DNA from: Chloroflexota bacterium
GTDB lineage: Bacteria > Chloroflexota > Anaerolineae > Anaerolineales > UBA4823
Direction: 5' to 3'
DNA: 64,000 nt
Assembly (NCBI GenBank): GCA_032124675.1
Contig: JAQBDA010000196.1
Coordinates: forward strand, 207 to 64,206
Each line of letters starts with the position of its first letter. Positions within the stretch are counted from its first letter, which is position 1. Both the position numbers and the translations under genes were made by a program. Below are positions 1 to 8,962 of the stretch, piece by piece. The notes under the pieces were generated by a model, which was not told where the DNA came from, searched no databases, and worked only from the letters and a program-made list of their open reading frames with translations.

Positions 1-644
1 GCCGGAATCTTGTCATGGTGCAAGGACTGGGCGCGCAGGGCATGGTCTGCGCCGCCTTTATGGCGCTGCCAGTGTACCAGCAGGGTCCGGTCATCTACTA
101 TCTGCAGGCGGTACATCCCGACATTTCGCAGCCCAGTCTCTGGATCACGCGTGATCACCTGCGGCAGGGTGATGAACCTGCCGCCATCCTTTGGCCAGCA
201 TTTGAGGATGGGCAGGTGGTTGAGGTTTAGATCATCTGTATACACCACCTGCTGGACTGGGGCTCGGCGGACTATCTTAGGCTTCAGGCCGATGGTTTTG
301 AATACATCGTACAGGTCACGCCCACGGCTCATCACCTGTCCTACACCTTTTGGCAGCCGCAGGTCGATGATTTTTGCCAGCTCTTGGTTCAGTTCGTCCA
401 GGTCGTCCACCCCTAATGCCCCTGCCATACGCTCGGCTGAGCCAAACGTGTTGATCAGGACGGGCATATCAAAACCGGGAACATTCTCAAACAGCAGAGC
501 TTTATTGCGCTCCGCTGAGGCCTTGCTCACGCGGTCTGTGATCTCGGTGATTTCAAGCTCAGGGGATACTGGCAGTTTTATGCGTGCCAGCTGTCCGCGT
601 TTATCCAATAAACCAATAAAATCGCTTAAGTTCGTAAACACCAT
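1..644 (-). CDS. UbiD-family (prenyl-FMN dependent) decarboxylase, N-terminal part; the gene runs off the left edge
   Basis: Absent from the ORF track because it is open at the window edge. My minus-strand translation from ATG 644 reads MVFTNLSDFIGLLDKRGQLARIKLPVSPELEITEITDRV...FENVPGFDMPVLINTFGS...LKCWPKDGGRFITLPQVITRDPETGLRNVGMYRLQIVDDRTLLVHWQRHKGG, a typical UbiD N-terminus. The + ORF 10..681 is its shadow. Confidence 0.8.
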   Translation of the reverse strand, partial: MVFTNLSDFIGLLDKRGQLARIKLPVSPELEITEITDRVSKASAERNKALLFENVPGFDMPVLINTFGSAERMAGALGVDDLDELNQELAKIIDLRLPKGVGQVMSRGRDLYDVFKTIGLKPKIVRRAPVQQVVYTDDLNLNHLPILKCWPKDGGRFITLPQVITRDPETGLRNVGMYRLQIVDDRTLLVHWQRHKGGADHALRAQSLHHDKIP

Positions 645-831
645 ATCTCACCCTTGGCAGTTGGCGGCAGCAGTGAATTAAAGCGGCATCGCTATGCCCC
701 CAGCAGGGGGCTCCCCCATCATGAAAACCCGGATTTCCGGGGTTGCGGCTGTTAATTACCCAGGTAAGACCCGCCCCGATCCGAGCCGGACAAACCTGGC
801 TGACAAACCTGTTAATTATAGCATGATTGGC

Positions 832-860
832 TTGACACAGCCTATCGCCTATGCTACATT
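832..860 (+). promoter_or_regulatory. Candidate sigma-A promoter for the Roadblock-V4R-REC operon
   Basis: TTGACA (832-837), 17-nt spacer, TACATT (855-860), about 110 nt upstream of the Roadblock start. Sequence match only. Confidence 0.35.
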
Positions 861-974
861 TAGTTTGCGCTCCTGGCGTCGCTTTCATGAAATTTTGTAA
901 AAAAATCTGGCGGTGACGAGGAGTTTCCCATTTTATTGAGGTCTGGTAGGACAGATAAAGGAGTGGCAATATTG

Positions 975-1343
975 ATGAAATCTCGCTCCCAACTGATGGT
1001 AGAACGCTTACGCGACCTGCAGGCTTCCTCGCCTGATATCGAAGCCTCAGCCGTGGTTAGCGTCGATGGATTGAGCATTGCCTCTGCGCTTCCACAGGGG
1101 GTGGAAGAAGACCGGGTTTCGGCGATGTCGGCGGCCATGCTCTCCCTGGGTGAGCGTATTGCAACTGAGCTTGGTCGTGGAACCCTCGATCAGGTGTATA
1201 TCAAGGGTGAGAAGGGTTATGTCATCCTGATGTCGGTGGGTGAGGAAGCAGTCTTGACAGCATTAGCACGCGAGCAGGCCAAGCTGGGTCTGATCTTCCT
1301 GGATATGCGCCGAGCCACCGAGGATCTATCGAAATTGATCTAG
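975..1343 (+). CDS. Roadblock/LC7 (MglB/CvnB-like) domain protein
   Basis: MKSRSQLMVERLRDLQASSPDIEASAVVSVDGLSIASALPQGVEEDRVSAMSAAMLSLGERIATELGRGTLDQVYIKGEKGYVILMSVGEEAVLTAL fits the Roadblock/LC7 pattern and size (~120 aa). Alternative in-frame TTG starts at 936 and 972. Confidence 0.85.
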   Translation: MKSRSQLMVERLRDLQASSPDIEASAVVSVDGLSIASALPQGVEEDRVSAMSAAMLSLGERIATELGRGTLDQVYIKGEKGYVILMSVGEEAVLTALAREQAKLGLIFLDMRRATEDLSKLI

Positions 1344-1352
1344 AGTAATCCA

Positions 1353-1988
1353 ATGGAACCAATCTCAAAAAGCGGCTATTACTACGCCAATAAAATCGTG
1401 CTTATCTCGCTCAATTCCCTCCAGGAGGTGATGGGCAAGAACGGCGTGAATGCAATCCTGAATCTGGCGCATCTCTCATATCTGATCGACAACTACCCTC
1501 CAAATAATCTCGATCGCCAGTTTGATTTTGCCGATTTTTCAGCCATCAACCTGGCGTTGGAGGAGATGTACGGGCCGCGCGGCGGACGAGGGCTGGCGCT
1601 GCGAGCCGGCCGGGTGGCTTTTGCAGACTCGCTGCGCAATTTCGGCGCCCTGGCCGGAGTCGGTGACCTGGCTTTCAAAGTGCTGCCGCTGCAAACGAAA
1701 ATGCGCATCGGTATTCCTGTCATGGCAAAAATATTCAGCCAGATCAGCGACCAACACAGCACCGTTCAAGAGAGAGACGAAGGCTATGTATATACCATCC
1801 ACCGCTGCCCGGTGTGCTGGGGGAGGAACAACTCGGACAAGCCGGTATGCTTCATGGCGATTGGCTTGCTGCAGGGTGGCCTGAAGTGGCTCTCCGGGGG
1901 GCAGGAATTCCGTGTCAATGAGTCCAAATGCTTCGCCATGGGGGATGAAGTTTGCGAATTTATCATCGAAAAAAGACCCATGAGCTAA
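1353..1988 (+). CDS. V4R (4-vinyl reductase-like) domain protein
   Basis: C-terminal Cys-rich V4R-type core: CPVCWGRNNSDKPVCF...ESKCFAMGDEVCEF. Starts 10 nt after the Roadblock gene. Paralog of 56242..56871. Confidence 0.75.
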   Translation: MEPISKSGYYYANKIVLISLNSLQEVMGKNGVNAILNLAHLSYLIDNYPPNNLDRQFDFADFSAINLALEEMYGPRGGRGLALRAGRVAFADSLRNFGALAGVGDLAFKVLPLQTKMRIGIPVMAKIFSQISDQHSTVQERDEGYVYTIHRCPVCWGRNNSDKPVCFMAIGLLQGGLKWLSGGQEFRVNESKCFAMGDEVCEFIIEKRPMS

Positions 1989-1998
1989 AGGCCTTACT

Positions 1999-2841
1999 GT
2001 GGCTGATGGTAAGCAGTCGATTCTGGTTGTTGAAGACGACACTGATGTGGCGGATATGCTGAGTGCATACTTCCACATCCAAGGATATGAGGTCGAAACA
2101 GCCAATTTGGGGGGAGCAGCCCTGGAAGCCTGCCAGATTCACCGTCCCGACCTGATCATCTTGGATATCCGCTTGCCGGATATCGATGGCTACCAGGTAG
2201 CCGGTCAGCTGCGCAGAAGCCGCCGGACCGACGACATCCCGATCATTTTTCTAACTGAGAAACGCAACCGTGCTGACCGCCTGCAGGGCTTGGAGCTTGG
2301 GGCGGATGATTACATTACTAAGCCTTTTGATATTCAGGAGCTGCGCTTGCGGGTGCGGAATGCGCTGCGCCGCTCTTCCCACGGGACGCTGACCAACCCT
2401 GTAACCCAGCTTCCTGAAGGACAGCTGGTGGACGAGCGGCTGCTGGAACTGCTTGAGAGTGATCGGTGGGCACTGCTGACCGTGAAGCTGGTCAACCTGG
2501 AACATTTCCGTGAAGCGTACGGTTTTGTTGCTTCGGATGACGTTGTTCGGGCTGTCAGCCTGATGATCCAGAATGCTGTCCGTGATCTGGGCAGCCCGAA
2601 TGATTTTATCGGTCAGCTTTCCCTATCACAGTTTATCCTGGTCACCATGCCGGACACATCCGACCAGATAGCTGCCCGGTTGGATGCCCGGCTGGAACAA
2701 TCGCTGGATTATTTTTACCCTCTGAAGGACCGTGAGTCCGACAGAAAGAAGAACAGCCGGCTGAAAATCGTTATCCGGCGGCACCACCCGGCAGATGGTG
2801 TCTTTACCGACCTGTACATGTTGAAACAAAACCTGGTATAG
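1999..2841 (+). CDS. Response regulator: receiver domain plus degenerate GGDEF-like domain
   Basis: REC motifs ILVVEDD, DLIILDIRLPDIDG, DDYITKPF. The C-terminal domain has GGDEF-like architecture (NPVTQLPEG...FREAYGFVASDDVVRAV) but LSLSQF where GGDEF is expected. GTG start. Paralog of 53884..54783. Confidence 0.8.
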   Translation: MADGKQSILVVEDDTDVADMLSAYFHIQGYEVETANLGGAALEACQIHRPDLIILDIRLPDIDGYQVAGQLRRSRRTDDIPIIFLTEKRNRADRLQGLELGADDYITKPFDIQELRLRVRNALRRSSHGTLTNPVTQLPEGQLVDERLLELLESDRWALLTVKLVNLEHFREAYGFVASDDVVRAVSLMIQNAVRDLGSPNDFIGQLSLSQFILVTMPDTSDQIAARLDARLEQSLDYFYPLKDRESDRKKNSRLKIVIRRHHPADGVFTDLYMLKQNLV

Positions 2842-2865
2842 TAAACAAGCAGACTGGACTGAGCC

Positions 2866-3633
2866 ATGCGAACGACGATCGTCATACCGACCTACAACGA
2901 GGCGGAGAACCTGCCCAAGCTGGCAGCTGCAATATTCGAGCTGCCCCTTAACGATCTCCATTTAATGGTAGTCGATGATAACAGCCCGGACGGCACAGGC
3001 GAGCTGGCAGATGAGCTGGCTGACCGCTACCCTTCTCGCATGAGCGTGCTGCACCGCCCTGGCAAGATGGGGCTGGGCACTGCTTACATCCAGGGTTTCA
3101 TCCGGGCACTCTCAACGGGTGCCGAGGCTGTTGGACAGATGGATGCCGATTTTTCCCACCCCCCGGAGAAGCTGCTCGAGCTGCACGAGACCCTGGGATC
3201 CTGTGATGTAGCGATGGGCTCGAGGTACGTCCCCGGTGGTGCGGTAGACGAGCGCTGGCCGGCTTGGCGGAAGGGGCTGTCCAGCTTTGGCAACCTATAC
3301 GCCAGGACGATCCTGCGCATGCCCATCCTTGATGCAACCGGAGGCTTCCGGTTATGGCGCAAGGAGACTTTATCCGGGATGCCGCTCGACCGGGTGCGTT
3401 CTAACGGCTACGCCTTTCAAGTCGAGATGGCCTATATCGCATTCCGGCTCGGCTATACTTTCACTGAAGTGCCGATTTATTTTGCTGACCGCCGCTGGGG
3501 GCAATCGAAGATGTCTTTCCGCATTCAGCGTGAGGCTGCGGTAAGGGTATGGCAGCTGCCTGTCGAATACCGGGACCTGACCCACCAGGCGCCGGTCGGT
3601 TCCTCATCCACAGTCTACGATAACGCCAGGTGA
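2866..3633 (+). CDS. GT2 polyprenol-phosphate mannosyltransferase (Ppm1/DPM1-like)
   Basis: IVIPTYNEAENL, MVVDDNSPDGTGE, GLGTAYIQGF, QMDADFSHPP are classic for this family. Confidence 0.85.
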   Translation: MRTTIVIPTYNEAENLPKLAAAIFELPLNDLHLMVVDDNSPDGTGELADELADRYPSRMSVLHRPGKMGLGTAYIQGFIRALSTGAEAVGQMDADFSHPPEKLLELHETLGSCDVAMGSRYVPGGAVDERWPAWRKGLSSFGNLYARTILRMPILDATGGFRLWRKETLSGMPLDRVRSNGYAFQVEMAYIAFRLGYTFTEVPIYFADRRWGQSKMSFRIQREAAVRVWQLPVEYRDLTHQAPVGSSSTVYDNAR

Positions 3634-4463
3634 GCGGTACGGGTTAATTCTCCCCACTCATCCAGGCTGAGCGTCTCCGCTCTGCGCATCGGGTCGATCC
3701 CTGTCGAGAGCAAAAAATCAGCCGTCCAATCCTTCTGCCAGGCCATCCCTCCCGCCAGAGCATTGCGGAGGGTTTTTCTTTTCTGCGAAAAACCGGCTTT
3801 TGCCAGCCGGAAGAATAGGTTCAACCGGGCCTCCGGTATCTGCGGCTCCGGGTATAAGTCGACCCGGATAACCGCCGAATCAACCCTGGGCGCCGGGTAG
3901 AATGCGCCTGCGGGGATGCGGGAGCTGATTACCGGGTGACCGTAGACCTGAACGCTCAGCGCCAGGAGACTCATCTCTCCTGGTGCCGCACAGACCCGCT
4001 CTGCCACCTCGCGCTGTATAGTCAGGATCAGCCGCTTTGGATGAGGTCGCGATTCAAGCAGGTGGCGGATCAAAGCTGATGTGATGTAGTATGGGATATT
4101 GGCCACAACCAGGTATGGCTGGCTGCCCATCAGGCTGGCTGGGTCCAGGTTTAAAATGTCCCCCTGGATGAGGTGCACATTATCAAGATCTTGCAGCACT
4201 GCTTCCAGCGGCGGGATCAAGCGGGTGTCGATCTCTACCGTGACTACCCTACTGGCAGCTCGCGCCAGCAGACGGGTCAGGTTCCCAAGACCCGAACCGA
4301 TTTCAAGCACATATTCAGCTGGATCGATCTCAGCAGCCGCGATGACCTTGCGCAGCCCATGGATATCGATAAGGAAGTTTTGTCCCAGTTTGCGGTCCGG
4401 GTGCAGCCCGTACTGCCTTAGCAGGGCGGGAACATCCAGTGGGGGCAGGTCATTCATCTCCAC
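3615..4463 (-). CDS. rsmA: 16S rRNA (adenine1518/1519-N6)-dimethyltransferase
   Basis: HPDRKLGQNFL, VLEIGSGLGNLT, VVANIPYYITS. Its 3' end converges with and overlaps the previous gene by 19 nt. Confidence 0.9.
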   Translation of the reverse strand: MEMNDLPPLDVPALLRQYGLHPDRKLGQNFLIDIHGLRKVIAAAEIDPAEYVLEIGSGLGNLTRLLARAASRVVTVEIDTRLIPPLEAVLQDLDNVHLIQGDILNLDPASLMGSQPYLVVANIPYYITSALIRHLLESRPHPKRLILTIQREVAERVCAAPGEMSLLALSVQVYGHPVISSRIPAGAFYPAPRVDSAVIRVDLYPEPQIPEARLNLFFRLAKAGFSQKRKTLRNALAGGMAWQKDWTADFLLSTGIDPMRRAETLSLDEWGELTRTAHLALS

Positions 4464-4507
4464 TCAATTCCCCCGGTTTGATGGTAGCCGGTCATCAAAG
4501 GAACTAT

Positions 4508-5686
4508 CTATGGGCAGGTGGGTTCATTCGGCTCGGAAGGCCAGGTACCTGCCATGAACTGCGCCAAATAATCACGGATCACATCGAAATCCGCGTCCAT
4601 AATGAATACCTGGTCTTTTTGCTGCGGGCTGTACACCCGCCCCGGGCTCATTTTCTCTTCGGGCAGGCTGGTGAAGAGCAGGTTCTCTCGCTTCAATTTC
4701 GGCGCCAGGCAGGCAAGCTGGGTGAGCTGTTCGAGGCTTAAATCGGTCAGCACGGAGTCCTGGAAAGCGGCAATGATCTGCGGTACTTTCGGTAGAACAG
4801 CAGGGCTGGTGACTTTCTCTTTCAATGCGCAGATGACCATGTTCTGGTGATCCATGCGGGTGAAGTCGTTGTACTTCTTGCGAATGCGGGAAAAACGCAG
4901 CGCCTGGTCGCCGTTGAAGTGCCGCTGTCCGGCGTAGAAATAGCCCATGTCTTCTGTCTTGTCATCGATCGGTCGCCCATCTACATCGTATGGCAGATAC
5001 AGATCGATCCCCCCGACTGCATCGACTACCCTGACAAAAGTCAGCATATCGACCGCGCCATAGTGGTCGACCAGCAGACCAAAATTCTGGTATAACGTGC
5101 GGGCTAGCAACCCTGGTCCACCACCCGGTCCGGCGTAATAGCCCATCCCTGGGCTGCCGTAGAAGAAGGATTGGTTTAGCTTCCCGTGAGTGATGCCGTA
5201 GGGGTTTTCTATCTCGGGTATTTCCACCCACAGGTCGCGCGGCATGGATAACACGGTCACTTTGGGGGTTACAAAATCCACCCGCACGATACGTATGACA
5301 TCCGCCAGACCGTAAAGATAGTCCGGCCCGCTGTCCGCGCCGACAGCCAGGATGGTCATAGTCTCCGGACCTCCGCAGACAGGTTCCGGCCTGGGTGTTG
5401 CTGAAGGCGACGGTACCGGGCTGGCCGCAGGGGTGGGTGAAGGCTTACTTTCCTGTCCGGTTGGCTGTTCCTGCTTCTCCTCTGTCGAAATCGAAGTCGC
5501 TGTGGCATTTACGACAGCCGCTGCAAATTCCGGGAAGGACGTGCGGGTGGGCATGCCCAGGTCTGGCCCTAATGGAGCCGTCCAGCGGTCGCTGAGCCGC
5601 GGGTAAGCGAGATATCCTGAGATCAGCAATGTTGCAACAAGCACTGCGCCCAGGATGGCGATCCATTTGCCTTTTTGTGTGTTCAT
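4508..5686 (-). CDS. LytR-CpsA-Psr (LCP) family cell-envelope phosphotransferase
   Basis: TM anchor (WIAILGAVLVATLLISGYL), Pro/Thr linker, then ADVIRIVRVDFVTPKVTVLSMPRDLWVEIP and RFSRIRK motifs. I prefer ATG 5686 over the track start 5785, which would overlap the divergent gene. Confidence 0.8.
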   Translation of the reverse strand: MNTQKGKWIAILGAVLVATLLISGYLAYPRLSDRWTAPLGPDLGMPTRTSFPEFAAAVVNATATSISTEEKQEQPTGQESKPSPTPAASPVPSPSATPRPEPVCGGPETMTILAVGADSGPDYLYGLADVIRIVRVDFVTPKVTVLSMPRDLWVEIPEIENPYGITHGKLNQSFFYGSPGMGYYAGPGGGPGLLARTLYQNFGLLVDHYGAVDMLTFVRVVDAVGGIDLYLPYDVDGRPIDDKTEDMGYFYAGQRHFNGDQALRFSRIRKKYNDFTRMDHQNMVICALKEKVTSPAVLPKVPQIIAAFQDSVLTDLSLEQLTQLACLAPKLKRENLLFTSLPEEKMSPGRVYSPQQKDQVFIMDADFDVIRDYLAQFMAGTWPSEPNEPTCP

Positions 5687-5773
5687 AAGCGGCGTGATTA
5701 TATCATCAGCCGGCGAGCAGGATGGTATCCAGCGGCTATAAACAGTGCTGAGGTATAATTCAGCGGTATTACG

Positions 5774-6886
5774 ATGATCAAACACCCGTTCAGAATATCA
5801 AGGAACAGCTCACGTTCAACATCCTGGCTTGTACTGCGCAGTGTGCTCGGTGCGCTGTGCCTGCTTGCGGCCCTGCTCCTCGCCGTGTGGTATGGGACCG
5901 AAATGATCCGGGCTGAACAGCCGCCCGCAGGGGGGAGTCTGTTCCTGTTTGTTTTTTACACGATCCTGGCGATACTTATCGAACGCATCCTCTCATTGAT
6001 GCCCGTACGCAGGGATTGGCGCTACCGCCTGGCGTTCTTGATTCCCAGCCTTCTTTATCTAACTGTGTGGCTGGTGACCGCGGCGATGGACGGCCAGGCG
6101 AAGGTGGTCTGGCTGCTGGCTGCAAGCGGCGGTGCGTTCGCCGGGGGACTGCTGGCGACCAGCATCATCGAGGGTTTATGGGAGAACAACTCGCCGCCTT
6201 CCAAGCGCATCCAGGACGAAGTGCACCAGCGTCACAAGGGAATTATCGGGGTTGTGCCTGAAATCCCGGCTGGTAAACGCATCTTCGACATCCTGCTCTC
6301 AGCAGGCGGGATGTTAATTTCCATCCCGATCTGGCTGGTAATGACGTTCCTGCTGTGGCTGGAAGATCCTGGTCCGATCTTGTTTGTGAAGAATTCGGTG
6401 GGCAAGGGTGGAGCAAACTTTCACCAGTATAAATTCCGCACCATGGTGCTTGGCGCAGAATCGAACACCGGGCCGGTGCTCGCCAGCCATGCCGACGAAC
6501 GCGTTCTGGCCATCGGCAGCCTGCTGCGGAAAACCGCTCTGGACGAGCTGCCTCAAGTGATCAACATCCTCAAGGGCGAGATGAGTTTCGTCGGTCCGCG
6601 ACCCCAGCGCACGGTTCTGGTGCATGAATATCTGGAAACGATGCCGGAGTATGCAGTGCGTCACCGGGTAGCGCCTGGTTTATCCGGATTGGCCCAGGTG
6701 GCGGGGGATTACTACCTCACACCCCGGCAGAAACTCCGCTTCGACCGGATTTATATCCAGCATACAAGCCTGGGATTCGATATCAAACTACTGGTATTGG
6801 CATTTCTGATCACTTTCTGGTACCGCTGGAAGAGCGGCTGGAACGGCAGGCTGCCGCGTGAATACCTGCGCTGGGGGAGTTCTTAG
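5774..6886 (+). CDS. Polyprenyl-phosphate sugar phosphotransferase (bacterial sugar transferase, WbaP/EpsL-like)
   Basis: KRIFDILLSAGGMLISIPIWL, PGPILFVKNSVGKGG, FHQYKFRTM, LDELPQVINILKGEMSFVGPRP. Confidence 0.85.
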   Translation: MIKHPFRISRNSSRSTSWLVLRSVLGALCLLAALLLAVWYGTEMIRAEQPPAGGSLFLFVFYTILAILIERILSLMPVRRDWRYRLAFLIPSLLYLTVWLVTAAMDGQAKVVWLLAASGGAFAGGLLATSIIEGLWENNSPPSKRIQDEVHQRHKGIIGVVPEIPAGKRIFDILLSAGGMLISIPIWLVMTFLLWLEDPGPILFVKNSVGKGGANFHQYKFRTMVLGAESNTGPVLASHADERVLAIGSLLRKTALDELPQVINILKGEMSFVGPRPQRTVLVHEYLETMPEYAVRHRVAPGLSGLAQVAGDYYLTPRQKLRFDRIYIQHTSLGFDIKLLVLAFLITFWYRWKSGWNGRLPREYLRWGSS

Positions 6887-6888
6887 CG

Positions 6889-8226
6889 TCAGGGGTCCTT
6901 CTCGGACGGCAGATTGCGTTTCAGGGAAATCCAGGCGCTCCACAGGACGATATTAACCACCAGTGCGTTCAGCGCCTGACCGGCGATCGTGCCGTAGACA
7001 CCCCAGCGAAAGATCATCCATATCCCCGCGCTGAACATCAAGGTCATTGCCAGCAGGTTGGCGATAAAGATAGGCCGCGAAACACGCGCGGCCTTCAGGG
7101 TTGTCTGTAAAGGCCAATAGGCGAACAGCAGGCCGTAAAAGGCTGCCATTAAGATGATCCCATTGCTGTATTCCAGGTATGTGTCCCCATACAGCAGTCC
7201 GAGTAGCTGCTCGGGGAATAACACCGCCAGACCCAGGAACAGCAAGGTAGGGATCCCAGCCAGGATATAGACCAGCCGCATGGTGCGTTCCAGCGCTTGC
7301 TCACCGTTCTGGGTGTATAGGCGGGAAGCACGCGGCGTAAGAAAGGTATCCGTTGCACGCAGGAGTATATGGATGGGAGCAACCAGGTTCTGCAGGGCGC
7401 GGTACGCACCTGCTGCGGCAAAACTGACCATGCCTGCCGTGAGGATAGGGTAAAATTCGACCGAGATCCAGCTGGCAATGCCACCCCCCAATACCCAGCG
7501 TCCAAAGTTCCAGTTGCGTTCCCAGGTCTCTCGCAGACTGGCATATTGTCGCGTCCAATATGGGCGGGTAAACCAAAGCCCCGGGACCAGCGCGGCGAAC
7601 GCGCCCCAGGCAATCGCATCCAGACCGGCGATACCGCTCAGCGTCCCCTGACCTGCCCACCAGAGCATCAATCCCAGACGAACTGCATTGGCGATTACGG
7701 TATTGATCACTGCTTGAGATACATGGCCGCGCGTGTACAGCATGCGGCGTATGTATTCCTGCAGCTGCCAGGCCAGAAAAGCGAACCACAAAGAATAAAG
7801 TGTTGGCCCGGCAGTATCGTTGCCGAGCAGAGTGAGCACCCAACCGCTGATATAAACGACAAGGGCGGTTGCTGATGCCAGTCCGATTTGTACGAGGCTG
7901 GTGCTGGTTGCGTATGCTGTGAATTCGTTCTTGTCCATCCCGGCGCCGTAAACGTTCAGCGGCTGGATGATGATGCCCTCTTGTACCGACCGGACCAGGC
8001 GTAAAGTAACAAAGCCAACCCCATATACCCCCAGCTGAGTTGGATCAACATTGCGAGCCAGGATGATGGTCGCTAGGAAGTTTGCCAAGCTGATGACTCC
8101 CTGGTCGATGCCCGCCAGGTAGCCTTCCTGGGCACCTCTGCTGGAGAATAGCCGGAGCAAATTAACTGCGCGAGATTGCAGATTGGTTAAGAAAGATGGG
8201 GGAATATTGCCCTCACCGTGATTCAA
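6889..8226 (-). CDS. Polysaccharide biosynthesis/export protein (Wzx-like MOP flippase)
   Basis: 445 aa, about 12 hydrophobic segments, located beside the sugar transferase. Call rests on family-level resemblance and context only. Confidence 0.6.
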   Translation of the reverse strand: MNHGEGNIPPSFLTNLQSRAVNLLRLFSSRGAQEGYLAGIDQGVISLANFLATIILARNVDPTQLGVYGVGFVTLRLVRSVQEGIIIQPLNVYGAGMDKNEFTAYATSTSLVQIGLASATALVVYISGWVLTLLGNDTAGPTLYSLWFAFLAWQLQEYIRRMLYTRGHVSQAVINTVIANAVRLGLMLWWAGQGTLSGIAGLDAIAWGAFAALVPGLWFTRPYWTRQYASLRETWERNWNFGRWVLGGGIASWISVEFYPILTAGMVSFAAAGAYRALQNLVAPIHILLRATDTFLTPRASRLYTQNGEQALERTMRLVYILAGIPTLLFLGLAVLFPEQLLGLLYGDTYLEYSNGIILMAAFYGLLFAYWPLQTTLKAARVSRPIFIANLLAMTLMFSAGIWMIFRWGVYGTIAGQALNALVVNIVLWSAWISLKRNLPSEKDP

Positions 8227-8419
8227 ACTATATAATAATGGTATATCAATTTACATGCGACGATCAGCCATCGCAGTTGACAGGGTGGGAGTTCTCGAAA
8301 GTTGTGAGGAATTGAAATTCACAGCCATACGGTGCTCCCGGCACGGCATATGATTCTAACAGAGAATTAATCTCAGGCCGTATCTTTTTGTCTGATCTGG
8401 CGTCATAACTGGTGGAGAA

Positions 8420-8962
8420 ATGACAACCGAACAATCATTGCTGCAGCGAGCACAGCACTACGATCTCGATGCTCTTGCCCAAATCTATGACAAGTACAGT
8501 CCGGGATTGTATCGTTATGCAATGCGCTTGGTGGGCGATGAGGATCTGGCGGAAGATTGCGTAGCCGATACCTTCGATCGTTTCTTGACTGTCTTGAAGG
8601 GTGGGCGAGGACCCGAGCGCTACCTGCAGGCATATCTGTACCGGGTTGCGCATAACTGGATCACAGATTACTACCGCCGCCAGCCACCGCCATCGCTGCC
8701 GTTGGAACCGGACAGGCAGCATAATCCCGGCGCTGACCCGCAGCAGGTTCTGGCAAAGCAAGCCGAAGCAGAAAGGGTGCGGGATGCCCTGCGCCTGCTG
8801 ACGCCCGATCAACGCCAGGTGGTTGTGCTGAAGTATCTAGAGGATTGGGAGAACAAAGACATCGCCGCAGCAGTCGATAAACAAATCGGTGCCGTGAAAG
8901 CTCTGCAGCACCGCGCATTGAGGAGTATGAGGCGGATTTTGATGAAGGAAGAAGTATTATGA
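8420..8962 (+). CDS. ECF-type RNA polymerase sigma factor (pair 1)
   Basis: Region 2 (LAEDCVADTFDRFL...YLYRVAHNWITDYYRR) and region 4 (LTPDQRQVVVLKYLEDWENKDIAAAVDKQIGAVKALQHRALRSMR). ATGA overlap with the next gene. Confidence 0.85.
   Translation: MTTEQSLLQRAQHYDLDALAQIYDKYSPGLYRYAMRLVGDEDLAEDCVADTFDRFLTVLKGGRGPERYLQAYLYRVAHNWITDYYRRQPPPSLPLEPDRQHNPGADPQQVLAKQAEAERVRDALRLLTPDQRQVVVLKYLEDWENKDIAAAVDKQIGAVKALQHRALRSMRRILMKEEVL

Noticed and set aside
10-681. 223-aa + strand ORF (and 15..230) at the left edge
   Set aside because: The composition is Arg/Ser/Trp-rich nonsense. The opposite strand encodes an unmistakable UbiD N-terminus, so these are shadow ORFs.
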